Source of the DNA: Chrysomallon squamiferum
Taxonomy: Eukaryota > Animalia > Mollusca
DNA: 64,000 nt
Assembly: GCA_012295275.1 (NCBI GenBank)
Contig: CM022671.1
Location: forward strand, 5,270,001-5,334,000
Direction: 5' to 3'
Part shown: piece by piece, positions 1 to 15,155 of the stretch
Layout of the letters: each line of letters starts with the position of its first letter
Numbering within the stretch: the stretch's first letter is position 1
Translations under genes and position numbers: made by a program
Notes under the pieces: generated by a model
What the model saw: only the letters and a program-made list of their open reading frames with translations
Database searches by the model: none
Told to the model about the DNA's origin: nothing

Positions 1-938
1 AGACACAGACCTACTGAAATACAGTGAAGTACCTCTTGTCATTAACAGTTATTAAAATAAGTGTACTGCTGGTGAGCTCTTCAGTTTGGGAAACCACAGG
101 AAATGGTGCTTGAAGTATTAAGTGAGGTTTAAGTGATCACTGTAAGTGAAGTGGTAACATCATGTTTAACTATAATAATACTTCTAATTGTTTTGTGAAT
201 CTGTATGTGAAAAATAATAATAATAATAACAGAAGATTTATAGTGTTAGTACAATTTTGATGGTTGTGGTGTAGTAGTAGAAATGAAAACAACAAAATAA
301 ATAGGAAATTATGTATTAAAACTGATGTTTTCCTCTACTAAATACTTCCATTTTTAAAACACATTAAAGGTAGAAGACTGTTCCAGTGTACTAGCACTGT
401 ATACATAATTAGATGAATCACTTCCTGACATTTCCCACCAACCTATCTCAGCATTCCATTTGTATTATCTGTCCCACCTCCACACTGTAATTGAGTTAAA
501 CCATTTATCTTGAAAAAAAAAAGAGAGAGAGAGAGAGAATGAGAGAGAGCAAGAGAAAGAGAGCGAGAAAATCTGATCTTATTCCATTATGATCACCAAA
601 TTTATTTACTGTTAACAATACAAAAAAATAAACTGAATTTAAAATAAAATTTAAAAAAAAAAAAAAAAAAATCAGACACCACCAAAAACTGCATTCTGTC
701 CAACTTACCAACATCAAGAAATTTCAAATTCTCAAAATCTAACTCTGAGACCTCAATCAACTTTGCCAAACTTCTCCAAGCCTCTGTGAACGAGTGAGAC
801 CCACACATGATGTTCTGACTAATTGTACCTGTAACCCACACCAGTACAAACACAGGAACATTAATTAAAAATATACACGGTCACAACAATAGCTCGTGGG
901 TGGAGCTGACCTGCTTCAGAGCGCTCTGTGTTGCTTAC

Positions 939-986
939 CTGACCTTGCATATGTGTATTGTAACTCGCATGGATGGCCACAGTCAT
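939..986 (-). CDS. Candidate alternative first coding exon (MTVAIHASYNTHMQGQ) of an unidentified gene left of the window
   Basis: ACCACC-ATG Kozak context, 16 open codons, phase-0 donor CAG|GTAAGC. No homology recognised. Confidence 0.4.
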
Positions 987-1859
987 GGTGGTCACTAATG
1001 GACAATGGGATATATATTTTTAAAGGTCTCGTGACCTTGGAACGTAGATGTATTTATCAAAAGTGTGTATAAATAACCGCTAATTGAAAATATTCTTAAA
1101 TATTAGACGTAGCTTTGTGTCAGTGAAAGTACTGTTTAAAGAAATACACACACATACAAACAGATTAACAGACACACACACACATCCACTGTCACAAACA
1201 CAGTAATATTTCTTTTAAACCTCAAAACTCACAAGATAATTTTTTTTTATATACACACATGTACTGCATATAATTTTATACATTACATACATGTATACAT
1301 TAACTGAATGCAATAAAAATTCTGTTGTTTTACATCCTTCACCATGACAATTTAATACAAAGTTTGCCACAACATGTTGAACTACTCATGCTCTGCACTT
1401 TATGAAATGAAAAACAATATCAAGCAGACTAGGTAAATATCATGTTACCTCGGCCAATTATAACTCTTTAAATACTCAAAACCATTTGAAAAAAAAGCAA
1501 AAACAAGCAATGTGTTTTAAATTTAATGCATAATTTTTTTTTTTTTTTTATTAAATTAAGTGAAAGAAAAATAGTTATCTAGTTTGTTTTCTTCACAGAA
1601 TGAAAGAGATTTAAAAGCTGTTTAAAAAAGTAAGACTAAAAAGTTGGAGAAGAAAAAAAAAAAAAAATTCTTATGATATCTTTTAAAAGTTCTACTAACT
1701 AGAATAGATCCTTCAATCTGTGGCACCTGAGATCAACATTCATAAATGAAGTTGTTGTCAGCAGACAGGAATTTCGATTTGGATTATGAGTCATCAGTTT
1801 AACATTACCATAATCTGTGAGTACATATGTACCTATACTGGCAAATGAAAATAAAAAAA

Positions 1860-1906
<47 letters not shown>

Positions 1907-4900
1907 AAAAAAAAAAAAAGATTAAAAAAAAGTAATACTAAAAATAAAAAGAAATAAAATAAAATAAAATAAAATAAAATAAAAAATAATAAAATCGCTG
2001 TAAAACATGTCAATAAACAAGGATATTTTTTTTTTTTTTTTATGGAAATGTGAAATGAAACTGGAATGTTGCCATTTCACATAATGAAACAACTTAAAGA
2101 GAAGCAAGAGAAATTTCAATATTTCAAGAAGAAAAAAAATGAACCTTTTAAAACAATTTTAAACTCCATTAAGATTCCTTGAGTAACCTGCATTCTGTCT
2201 TGTATTAATTATAGTACTGTTCACATGCTAAGTACACATAACAGTACTAAGGTGATACAGCTTAGTACTGTTATGTAGCAGTAATGAGAAGAGTCCAGTG
2301 TTGAGCAGTTCTGAGGAATCCCAGTGCCAACTAGAAGTGTTTGGCAACACAAGAAGAAAATCACTTTGTGTTATATAAACAGTCAAGTACAAACAGCAGT
2401 GAGCTGAAAACTGTCACATACAAACTGAATGTGTCATTTTAGCCACTGGGAGAAAGAGTCACAACAGAAAGTATTACAATTCACATACATGTACGAACAC
2501 ATGTCTGCACTCACACACACACAAAACTTGTACGTACAAACACAGATGTGTACAGCTTCATATTTATACCATTTAAATAAATGTGTGCATGTGCACATCT
2601 GCAAACACACACAAATGTTACAAATAATATGTACTTGTCTTTTTCAATAAAACATTATTATCAACAAACGAAACTACACCTGCTTTTAATATATATACAT
2701 TATTTATATTTGTAGATGTGAATATATGTGCATATGTGTGCACATATGTATATATGCTGTGTGTGTGTGTGTTCATTGCTATGAATATTAAACCCGTGTT
2801 TGTTCAATACACTTTAACAAACAGTTACTAACGTCACATCTGCTCACAAGCAGTTAAGCGTAACAGTGAACAGTAAAATTAACACTTGTACATAAGTGCA
2901 TTAACAAGGATCATTAAATGAACACACTTCTATACAAGAACAGCAGTAATCACAGTGCATCAGATAATGTATTTATAATAGGGAAGACTATTTCTGTTAA
3001 CGAAAAAATGGTAATCGAAATGTTAACTGAGAAAGCATTTATAATAATACAGTATACTTCCATAAACGAAAAATAGTAGTCTCTGTGTATCACAGCAATA
3101 TACTTATAACAGTAAATTATACTTCTATCAATGAGCAACAATGTATCAAACAATGTATTTGTAACAGTACATGTTTATAAAAGAACAACAGTAATCTGAA
3201 TGTATTGAATCGTGTATTTATGGTAGTACAGAATACTTCTATTAATAAACAGCAGTAATTTCTATGTGTTATAGCAGAGTCGGATAATGTGACAGCTCTT
3301 ATCATTGTTAATAACACTGATTTAATGTCGGTACTAAAATCTAAATTCAATTTGGGGTAAGCTATATGAGAATAATTAAACTGATATCTTGCTAACAGTA
3401 GTGATAATAACACAGATAAGTAATATGATAGATACAATATATTTTGGAGAGAGAGACAGTGAGGAGAGAAAGAGAGAGACAGAAAGAATATTGACATATT
3501 TGAGAGAAAGAGAAATGAAAAGGAAAAGACAAAAACAAAAATTACCTAAGATGTACCTATATACAATACCAAGTCCTTACATACATTACACATTACTTAA
3601 ATATAATACACACAATACTTACAATACTTACAATACACAGAGAATGAGTAATACTGAAAAAAAAAAAAAAAACCCACAATACTCAGTCACTTGGTAATCA
3701 ACTCAGAACTCATGAAAACACACACTAAGAACCTACCTACGACTTGTTCATTTGCTAACTAATGTCCGCAGTGCTGTGATGAGAGTGAGGTGAATTTCAG
3801 CCACACGCTGCAAGCAGTCGGATTGTGTGTCTCTCTCTCCACCTCAGGTATGTAATTAACGAGCCGTGTAAACATTCCCCACTGTGCAGCTGTTGGCTTT
3901 TCGACAAACTGCACTTCTCGCTCGCTCGTCTGCATGCAATGCACATGCACGGCACTGACTTTGCTGCGTAACAGCTCCGACAGACAACGTGGTGAGGATC
4001 ACGGCAGTGTGCTGGCTTTACAAATCTCGATAATCGGTTCAAATGGTGTTCCACTTACCCACACGAGTCATGGGTCAGCTGGCGGGGTGGGGGGGAGAAT
4101 GGTGGTGGTTGGTGGTGGTGGGGAAAATAAATATAACCTGACCTAGATTTGTAAGGATAATAAGACAGACTGGTCAGTGAAAAAATACAAATGTCAGCTC
4201 TCCAAATTAGCTGATAATGTTAACTAAAAGAACTTTATTGCTGCAGTCATGATACGTACTGGTATGTACAAACATGTCTCAAATGAACACACATTTATGT
4301 AGAGTGGGTGCATGTTTGTAGCTTAATGTACCTATGTACATTGTGTGTGTTCTCGTATATACTTGCATTTGTACATTTTATATCTGTATTTTATTGGTAT
4401 ATTTTATATGTGTGTACGTGTACGTGCGTGCATGCATGCATGTGCGTGAGATGGATGTGTGTGTGTTTGTGCATGTGTACAGCTGTGTATGTATGTATGT
4501 ATGTATGTATGTATGTATAGATGTATGTAGGTATGCAGGCATGAAGGTATGAAGATATTAAGGTATTTAGAAGATGCTACATAATACTGTATAAGATAAA
4601 AGGCACAGACCTAAGAATGCCAGTAGATGTGAGATAACAAAGATATGCACCCATGATTGTTACAACATGTTTGTGATGGGGAGGATGATAGACAAAGCTG
4701 TGAAGGTTACTAAATGATTGTATTTGACAAAGGCTGTACACTGAAAATTCTATTTTAAAACAATTCCATATCATTTGATTAAAAACACAGAACAATTTGA
4801 AACACAAACTGGAATCTAAAGTGATATATCAGAAAATAAAATTAAACTTTTTATTTTAAAAAATTCAAATTTATAATCTTCTCAAATTACTCAAAAAAAA

Positions 4901-7524
4901 CCCAACTTTTTCTTACCTTTACTCAGTAGATCGAGTTCCAAAATTCTTCAAGTTAAGGTAATCCTAAAATAAAAAAAATAAACAATTTAAAGTAAGAAAA
5001 AAATAAATAACAAAACCCATAAAAAAACTGATTAGAAATTAACTTCATTTAAGCTTGTAACAGCAGGTGTAAATGCAAAGCTAGTATTTTCTGTAAACTA
5101 ATTTCATTAAAAAAATGAAAAAAAAACATTTTGGTTAATTTGAACCTGTAGTTGATGGAATTCAAATGTTTTTTTACACAAATTTGATTAAAAACTGTTT
5201 TTATTTTTAAAAATTAAAACCATCTGCCATTGGAATTTAAATAATTCCTTTCCATTAATTATGTTAAACATATTTTCTCTCAAATACAGAAGGTAAAAAA
5301 AACAACATTACTCTGCACTAGAAAGTGGTGCACCATTTTGAACAAATGTAAAAATTCAACAAGTTTGTGTAACATGTGGTCACTTGACTTACAAAAGAAA
5401 ATTGTAACCTTTCACATTTTCTTGTAACTTCTTTTTTTTTCCTTTTTTTTCTATCAAAGTTAAAAAGAAAAACATAAAAAGACAAAAGAATCTCTTGAAA
5501 AGTAATTGTGTAACAGATGTGGGTTTTGCATATTCAACATTTTTTTTTTTTTTTTTTTTTCTTGGTATTTGTTATTATTGTTATTATTTTTACACATATA
5601 CACACACACTCTCATATATATATATATATATAATACACATTTATTATTTCCTTATTAAATATTACTTTAAAAGTATTTTTTCTTTTAACAAGAATTTCAC
5701 TTTGAAAGTAAACTGTAGCTTACTGAACTTTTCCCATCCACTCATAACTTAGAAGATGCTACAAAACAATAAAATAATGATGATGATAGTGACAATAACT
5801 GGACATTTTAAAAATATTTAAGGTTTTTTTTTTTTTTTTTTTTTTTAAAAGGAGAAGAAGAAAAAAAGATATTTCTGATTTTTCTCATTCGTAAATTATC
5901 CAACCAGACATCCAACGTAATCATATTAAATAAACTCTAAAGCATAATTCTCATGAGATACAAAATCAAATTCATACTGGAAGTCTGCAGTCACTATTAT
6001 TAACTTAGTTTCTTTTTGCAGATTTTCCTTTTCACCATAATTCAACTTTCAGAATGAACTAGTTTGATAACCTTATGATTAAAAAAAAAAAAAATGTTGA
6101 TGAAACAAATGTCAAAAAGAACTTTTGTTTTTATAAAATATATATATATATATATATTTTTTTTTTTTCAATATGCCATCAGAATTTAATTGCATCTGTG
6201 TTTGTTAGACATATTTGTATGTGTCCATATATTTAATTGTTGTGCATTTCAGTGTATGTTTGTCTGTGTCTGCATTAAGGGTATGTATGTGAATATCTGC
6301 CTCTTTTTAAAATTAGTTTATTGCCAACACAATTCACAAAGCTTAAACATTTTACAGTATGTCTGTAGTATTATGCAAAGACAACTGAGTGCACTGACTA
6401 GATTGGGAAATAACTCAAATGGCTTACTATTCTAACAGCTGCTCCTAAAATATGTAGACCATCCCGGTTATTCATACGATATATCAAAGCAATGTACTTT
6501 TTGTTAGCAGATGTGAAGAAGAGTTATAGTATCAAAAGCAAAAGGGAGTGGTAATGTATGTGACCTGATTCAATGCAAGGAACACAGAGTAAAGCTATGA
6601 CAACTACAATTATGGTTTTAGAGTCTTGCAGTGACATTTGTTCTTTTATTTTTGAATTTGTTTTGTTATTTATAATTTTTTCTTCTTCTTTTTTTTCTTT
6701 TTTTTTTGGTTTTATGTTGGTTGGTTGGTTGGTTTTTCAGTTTCCATTTCATTTTATTATTATTAATTTTTTACATGATTACAAATACTAGAATCAAGAT
6801 AAATATATTAAGCATCATTTAGTAAAAAGGATCAAACATACAGGCCAAAATATCTAACACTTTTTTAAATTAATGTCTTGTTAAAAAAAATCTAAAGTCA
6901 TATTCAGATATTTTCTAAATAACATTTAAAAATAAACACATATTTAAAAATAATCAGAACAATATATATCTTCAGTTGAAGAAGATGAAATATATCAGCC
7001 TATGTATCTTATCACACAGAACATGTTTTTGTAACAAATTTATGGCTATTTTTCATTTTCTTCAACATCATGTTTCATCCTTAATTTATTATTTTTTCTG
7101 TTTTTTCTGAAACAGGTGTAGAATTGTTGTGAACTCTTACAGCTTTTGTTAACAACTCTGCTATCTCAACCTCGCTCGCTGTCTGTTAACACCAACCATT
7201 TCACACAGGTTTTTCTGACCTGCTGGCCCCAACAGCTCTCCTAAACCTCTCTCACCAGCCTGACTGACTTGTACCATTTGTGTAATTGTTTATGTCCAGC
7301 TGATAAAATGTAGCAGGCATATATTACTCCATACAGCACATTCTGCTTGTCCAAATATTACCATCTGTTAGTTGTACACAGAGTGGGTTTTAGTAACCAG
7401 CAAATATCACTTGAAGAACAGCAGTGGAAAAACAGTGTTACAGTTAGTTTGGTCAATATTAGTTAAGTATTTTCAAGAAATGAATGAAACAGTGAATGAA
7501 TGAATGATTAAGTGTAACACTGAA

Positions 7525-7559
<35 letters not shown>

Positions 7560-7619
7560 ATGAATATATAAACAAATTAAAAAAATGAACAAAAACAAAC
7601 CAACCAACCAATCAATGAA

Positions 7620-7800
7620 GGTTTAATGATACTATATGATGCAGTTTGTGTATAATGGTGATACAAAAAGAAACTACAAGGGTAAGTTGTGATTTAAATG
7701 GCTGTTACGGGTTAGCTGCTAAAAATCGTTTATATGCACCTTCCCACAGACAGAAAAGGCCTTTTAACCTATGAAACTGGCTGGAAAGGCAGATGACCAA
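7620..7800 (-). mobile_element. Decayed SINE-like fragment
   Basis: tatatgcaccttcccacagacag...actggctggaa resembles, from memory, the reverse complement of an abundant gastropod tRNA-derived SINE; it is related to the + strand fragment at ~33260. Not verified by a search. Confidence 0.45.
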
Positions 7801-8595
7801 ATGTGAGTTCTAAGAAGTAAAATTTCCGAGAGCAGCAGTGAAGACCAGCTTTTCCAGTTCCAGTAAAATACAGAGAAGCCAGCAATACAAACTCTTTAAA
7901 ACTAATTCATCTGGTATGTTGAAATGTCACAATGGATACATGTTAACAACAGGCGTCAATGATGTACAGTGAAGTGCAACACAAATATGATTATAAAATT
8001 ACAAATTACTTATGATTTATCCACATAAAAACTGCTGTACAGATTGCAGATGTTTTAAATTGAGATTTTAATTTTTATTATTATTTTTTTTAACCCTGTC
8101 AGTTTCTGAATTTAGTATTTTAAAAATTGCTAATGCTATCAAACCAGTTCACTGTGAAAGCTGAATTACAGTAAAATGGAAAACTGAGTTAATAATGGTC
8201 ACCAGTCTTCAAGTTTGAATTTGATTTTATTTCTCGTGAGAATTTAGTTTCAGAGTTTACAAAATGGATTTCTATTAGATGTCTGGTTAGATAACTTGGG
8301 AAATGACAAAAGTAAGAGTAACAGGTTATTGCATTTCTTTTTTATGTTACTGTAATAGTCTTTTGTCTGCTACCTTAATAAAATTACAATAGTTTTTTTT
8401 TTTTTATTTTTTTTTTATAAATAAGTAAAAAAAAAAAAATAAATAGATAAATAAAAAATAATAAAAAGAGCAAAACAGCAGTGACATTAACAATAAGTGT
8501 TAAAATTAAACACTTAATCATAAACTAATGATAAATAGCTAATATAAACAAAACAAATATAGTAAATTATTTAGATAAAAATTTCAAAGCACTGT

Positions 8596-8716
<121 letters not shown>

Positions 8717-11348
8717 TCCCTCTCGTACCCTCGCACTTGCATCATTCTGCACTTTCTTACATACACATCTGAACTAGCTGGCACACAGAAATCAATACTC
8801 AAGACACAAATGACCAAAACGTCAACAAAGAAAACGTCTGGCCATTGTGATCAATTTGGTTTGAAAAGAGCAGAAATGAAAAAGTAACAGTTAAAATAAA
8901 AACTTGAAGTTTACTGCACTGAGTCCACAGAAACGACTGGCTGCGGCTGTGTCTGGAAGAACAATGTCTCAAACAACAAAGCGTTGTTCTTAAGCAGCTC
9001 TTTAGGAAGTATTTGTATTCAAAACAGAAAAACCAACAGATGTGTGTGATTTTCAAGTCACAAGTATATAGATTTGACAAAAAGCTGTTTGATGTTTTCA
9101 GTGCTCTTGTAATGGTTGCTTTTCATTGTGTGGGATACATTAAAAGCTACATCAATACTTAGTTACCGTTTTTAATTCTGTAAGGATTATTGATAATCAT
9201 CATTTGTAATTCACTTGAGACTTAATATTTGTTCACTATTTATAATTGTTTAAAAAAAAAATAATAATCATAATTTATGATCTTCCAGTGAACAGTGATA
9301 ATTACTATTTTAAATTCCCTAAAAGAAGTGTTGATAGTTACAATTTCAGATCTATAAGAATTGGTAGTCATCAATTTTTAATAATCTGAGACCAGTTGAT
9401 AATCACCATTTTCAACTGCTTAGAACTGTTGATGTTACCATTTATCATTAGTTTGATCTGTGCATATTCAGTAACCATTTTCGTAATTTTTTTGAAAACT
9501 GGTTTGATATATGTTGTCAGGATTTACAATTCTTTAAAATTCATGTTCAGTCCTGTTGGAGCAGTTTTGGTTGATATTTTATTCACCAACTGTTATGGTC
9601 ATGAAGCTAGTTTTCGTGGTAACAAGTCAGAAATTTTAATTAGCTAGATATCAATAACATAAACACACATCAAAGATAGATGAATAGTCAGGAATCAGAA
9701 CCAGACAAGAAAGTAATCACATGCTTGAGAATTATCTCTATGGCAACAATAACATGAAAACAATGGTGCCTAGGTTTTACCTTTCCTGAGAAAGATTATG
9801 AAATAATCGAATGGGGGAAAGAAAGAAAAAGACAAATGAAGCACATCTTTTGTGTCCCACTTTAAGAAATATTAAAGAGATAATTTGCTAATTTAATGTA
9901 TCATTTTGAGAAATATTACGAAACCCTTCTGTGCCTTTTTGATAAACACTAGGAAGTAACTTCTTCACAGGGAATATGAAAACAAAAATGATGCAGAGTT
10001 TATCATCTCCGTTATGAAGTAATGAGATAGGAATGTATGTAATCTAATGCAACACAAGTTGGTTTCTGTCAGCTATTATAGCCTGTGTCTGTCAAGGATC
10101 TGAATCCATTCTCTTATCAGTGTCTTGCAATGTAAGAAGTCTGAGTAACTGTTAGGAAAAAAAGTCCTTGGAGTACCACATGAAAATGGTAACAGAATGA
10201 TGATGAGGTTAAAAAAAAAAAAGATAAGATTAAATTAGAGTTTGGTTAATGTACAGAAAACTGTTGTTAATGAGTGAAGACAGAACATGATACAAAGTAA
10301 GTATGATGAAAATGAGGATGATGATAATAATGATGTTTCACGAACAACAATAAAATTTATATAATAAAATAAATAAACAAAATAATTTTGAAAAGAAAAA
10401 TTATTATTATTGTTTTTGTATCTTCTTCAGTTCACTTGTCCTTTTTGGTCAACATGTTGTAAATACCCATTCAATTTGTCAAATACATTTTCACAGCCCA
10501 CCTTCACATGCACAAAAACATACAACTTGTATCTTCTTTCTTAATTTTAAAAAAAATAGAAAATTTGAGACAAAACAATAAAACACTTAAATTACAAGTT
10601 TTAAATAAAAGTTTTTAGTGAAACAAAAGAAGAAAGAAATGTAATTATAAAAAATAAAAAAATAAAAATAAAAATAAAATACACCTGACATAAATTAAGC
10701 AAATATGATTGAGTTTCATGCGAGACAAATTTGATTTCCACAAATTAATTTCTGCAGCAAAATGACATGGAACATAAAAACACAATGAAACGAGATCCAC
10801 TTTACTATTGAGCTCTTTTTTGATCTCCAATGTGTGCATGTTAGTCTGTTATCAGTAAAATCATGCTTTTATAATGGATGTAATCAAAACTTGGGGTAAC
10901 TAAATCCCTTTTAGTATTACATAATTTAAAATCATGTGTGCTCAATTAGCTGGAAGGGGTGGATGAAAGAAGTAAAGGAATCTTAATCTCTCTCTTAACA
11001 GGAAGAAAAAGACAAGAGATGGAAAATGAGACTGATAAACAAAGTTATAAAGAATTTTGGAGAGAAGGAGGGGTAAAGTGAGAATGAGAGGAGCAGAGAG
11101 AAAGATAGTGGCAGAGAGCTAAAGAAAATTAATGCACTAACTGCTTTAAATACTTCCAATTACAGAATGACCTGGGCTGCCATTAAGTTTTACTTTTGTC
11201 ATTAAAAATTCCTTTAACAATGGGCCATTTTTCATTGTCTAAGTTTTCGTCATTTACATTCCCCATCCTCTGAGCCTGGTGTTTTAATGTTGTTCTAACA
11301 AATGCTGAAGAAAAAGCAGAGGACTTATAAAAACTCAACAAAATAAGC

Positions 11349-11382
<34 letters not shown>

Positions 11383-14300
11383 AAAAATTAAATCCTCTTT
11401 CTTTATATATGGAATCGTTCTAACACATATGGCATACTGTATTTACATCACAGTATATTATAAACTATTTAAAATATTGCACACAAGACCTCTCCTTGTG
11501 CTCCCAAGTCTTCAAAAGGCCGTGAACTAACAGACTTATACATAATTCATTTTACTTTCCTTGTTTTAGTTGGCTTGGCCCACAAATTTGTCTTCCCCTC
11601 CCATCTTATCTTCTGTTTATCATTCTGTTACCTAGCAACCAAATAACTGTCCGACAAGCAACTGTCTGCTAGACATATTACGGAGGACAGAACAACCAGA
11701 ATTATAATCTTTGTAAGCATTCCATTTTCTTGTATTGCGTACCAGTTAGCTGGGAGAGAAGTCATAATAAAAATTATATCATTTCTGATTCACAAATGTA
11801 GGCTGACATTGGAATGTTGTAGACAATGAGAATACTGGATTCAGAGAAGTTCCAGTCTTGATTATGTGATGTTAAGTGTTCTTGTACATTCAGTAATATA
11901 AACTTAGTTTATCTTTTATTTATCTTTTATTTCAGTGTTGAGCAGCTCAATACTAGATTATCTTTTTTGGTGTATGTGGGGGAAATAATAATAATAATAA
12001 TAATAATAAAAAAGAAAATTAAAAAAAAAACAATTTGACAAAAATATATATTTTTTATTATTATTATTTTTATTTTGAAATCTTGAAGACAAAATGAATT
12101 TTTTTTTTTTATTCAAAGAAAAAAGATCACCTATGATGGCATTAGAGTTATCTAAAATGGAATTGACTTTCATTTTTAATTTTATTTATTAATCTAGTAT
12201 ATTTTTCAGTCAGTATCCTGTGCTTTACTTATTTAAATCTGTTGTATGTACTGTTCTGTCTATAGGAAATAATAAAATAAAATAAAATAAAATAATTAAA
12301 TTTTTCATTGCCATTTTATGAATTTTTCAAGGACAATTCTGGCTAATGTGAGCACAATCTTCGTCCTTTAATTCCACACTTCTACAGCAGATTGCTTAAT
12401 TGTCAGTTACTGTTACCTGCCATTTACTTACGATCGCAGGTAAAACATTTCTGAGATATTCTACACCTGACCCATACAGCTTACCTTTCTGTTGATCATG
12501 ACAAGGTTTCAGATATACCTGTCTTGTATTTACCTATTTTCTTAGATTTCAAATAGGTTTATAGCTCAGAACCCGAGTGTGTTAATTACAGGTCAAAGTC
12601 GTAAACTTGACCACCTATATCAAGTTACCTGTCCACCTGTTAAATATGTTTACCTGGACAAGGTAATGTTTTCACCTGTGTAAATTACCATGTCCACCTG
12701 TGTAAATTCATGTCTAAAGTAACTTTTTTTTACATGCTAATAATTTTACTTTTGTAAAATAACATTTTCACCTGTTTAAGATAATATTTTAACCTGTCAA
12801 GGTAATATTTCTACCTGAGAAAGTAACATTCCATGGACTGACTATAGCCTAGTGGTTAGAATACTCTATCAAGACATCTGTAAAAAAAAAACACCAAAAC
12901 ATGATTCTGAAGAAACCTTGTAAACATTCATTTCCTAACAGAATCTACAATTTACACAAAGATTTATTAATAACATATATACATTTTTTTAATTTTCAAA
13001 TAATATTTTTTTCCTGCATAAAGTGACACTGACAAATATGCCAGACCTGCATAATAATAAAACAACTGGGTAATGCAATACACATGACATCTTCAATACA
13101 ACAACTGGATAGTGTAGCATGTCCAACCTGTATAATGTAACAACTGGGTAATGTAATATGTCCAGCCTGTACAGTACAGTATACCTCAGTATGGAGATAA
13201 TTTCACATACTCATCTATCTGTTTGTTTAACAGCTACTCACTAGTGACCACCCACCTTTTCCTTGTTTTACACACACCTACAAATGACCACCCACTGACT
13301 ATAAAGACAGTCTCCTCTGTCACACTGCTAAAACAATGCTAAGAAAACAAACGACTTTAACACAGCAGTCCTGAAATTTAATACAGCTTCAGACAATAGA
13401 AGACATTAAAACAATGTGTGCGTGTGTATGTATGTAACTGTATGAATAGGTAAACTATTATTTTTTTTTTTTCAATAAGAAATCAGGTAAGGTGATCTCC
13501 TGTGTTGTCAAAGATAAGCTTATAATCTTACTTCATTTAGTTATTAAAATATTTTATTTTTAGTGGTATCTTTGATCAGCTGGGTATATGCATGTGCATG
13601 TCCATATGTAAATGTATATAATTGTAATTAATTGTAAATAGTAAAGATGAATAAAAATATCTAATCAGTATTTTTTTTAGTTGTCATTATACACATTCAC
13701 ATATATGCACACCCTGGTTTTCATATTTTGGCACAAGTTAATCATTCTCTTTAAGCATTCTACACAAGAACTATTGTGGAATTGGTATAAAAACCACAGA
13801 AACACACCCTACAACTTTATTAACCCATTTATCTGCAAATACAAACTTCTATACTTAGGATTACATTTTATAAAAGACCTCTTTGTAATTTTTATTAACC
13901 ACTAAAAAAAAAGAAAAAAAGAAAAAAAAAAAATCTTATTCAGAATTTTCACCCCAACTGATATGAATATCAGTTACCAAAGCAACATGCAGAAGTCAAA
14001 CAACAGTCATTTAGTTAAAGAAAAAAAGCAGACCACCATCTTGGTACTGTTGTCCTGACAACGAGTAAAGTTTTATGTAAATAACGTCTCTAAGACAGCC
14101 TGACTCTCAGATACGATTCCATTTGTCTCTGACAGGCAACATGTTCCAACAGTACAATAATCTGTTGTTTGTATGAAAAGAAGTATCTGTCAGATAGCAA
14201 TATAATGAAGGTTGTTTAGAGAACGGTGGGGCAGAAAAAAGGTCGGAGAAAAAGCTGAAAGGTCAAAGTAGAAACTGTGGGATGTTGATTTAGGTTTTGT

Positions 14301-15124
14301 GATAGCACTGTTACAATTCTGTACTGATAAAAATAGACAACTTTTATATGATATGCGAAGAAGATAAATATTAATTTCTGGGTTAAAAATATAATACAAG
14401 TGTTTGTAAATCAAAAATGATAGGTTAATATTTTGAAAAAGATTAATGAGGTGCAATGTATGTAATACAGTTTCCAGTATATATGTACGTATGTATATAT
14501 TGAAAACTGAATTTAAGAAACATATTGATTTAGAGAAATGTATTTATTCATTTTTAAAAATTCAAAGAAAAATGAAAATAAATACAAAAAAAAAGATGGT
14601 TCATTATAAAGAATAAAATCTGTTGTTGCATGTTTCCTTGTCCCTAATTAATAAACATTTTTGAAAAAGTACAACAAAAGGATGAAAAAAAATAATGAAA
14701 AAAAAAAAATAATAATAAAAAAAAAATAATAAGAAATAATAAAAAAGAAAAATACAAAGGAAAAGGAAATGAAAAAACAAAACAAAAACAATATGGCTGC
14801 CAGAAAAAAAATTGGGACAAAACAGTGATGACTAATCTCTCCATCTATGGCCTTTTTTCCTTTCCTCTTTGTCCCAGACCACACCCAGCCCCGCCCAGGC
14901 CAAATGCTGCCTGTGTTCTTTTTTTGTTCCTTTCAGTTTTTCTCACAAAGGCTGTAGCAACAGCAGGCCTCCAGCCAGAAAAGATTTACTCTTTTGTTAT
15001 TGTGTGCAGTGAAAAGAACTCCAAGAGCCACAAAGAACCAAAAACAGACAAAGACAATTAGGGAAGTCTGAAAAATGCAGACATTTCCAACAGTTTTTGT
15101 CAATAGGAATATATTTTTTTAGAT

Positions 15125-15155
<31 letters not shown>

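Noticed and set aside
12836-12870. tRNA gene
   Set aside because: Only an A-box-like fragment (tagcctagtggttaga) is present, with no B-box or cloverleaf; likely a SINE relic.
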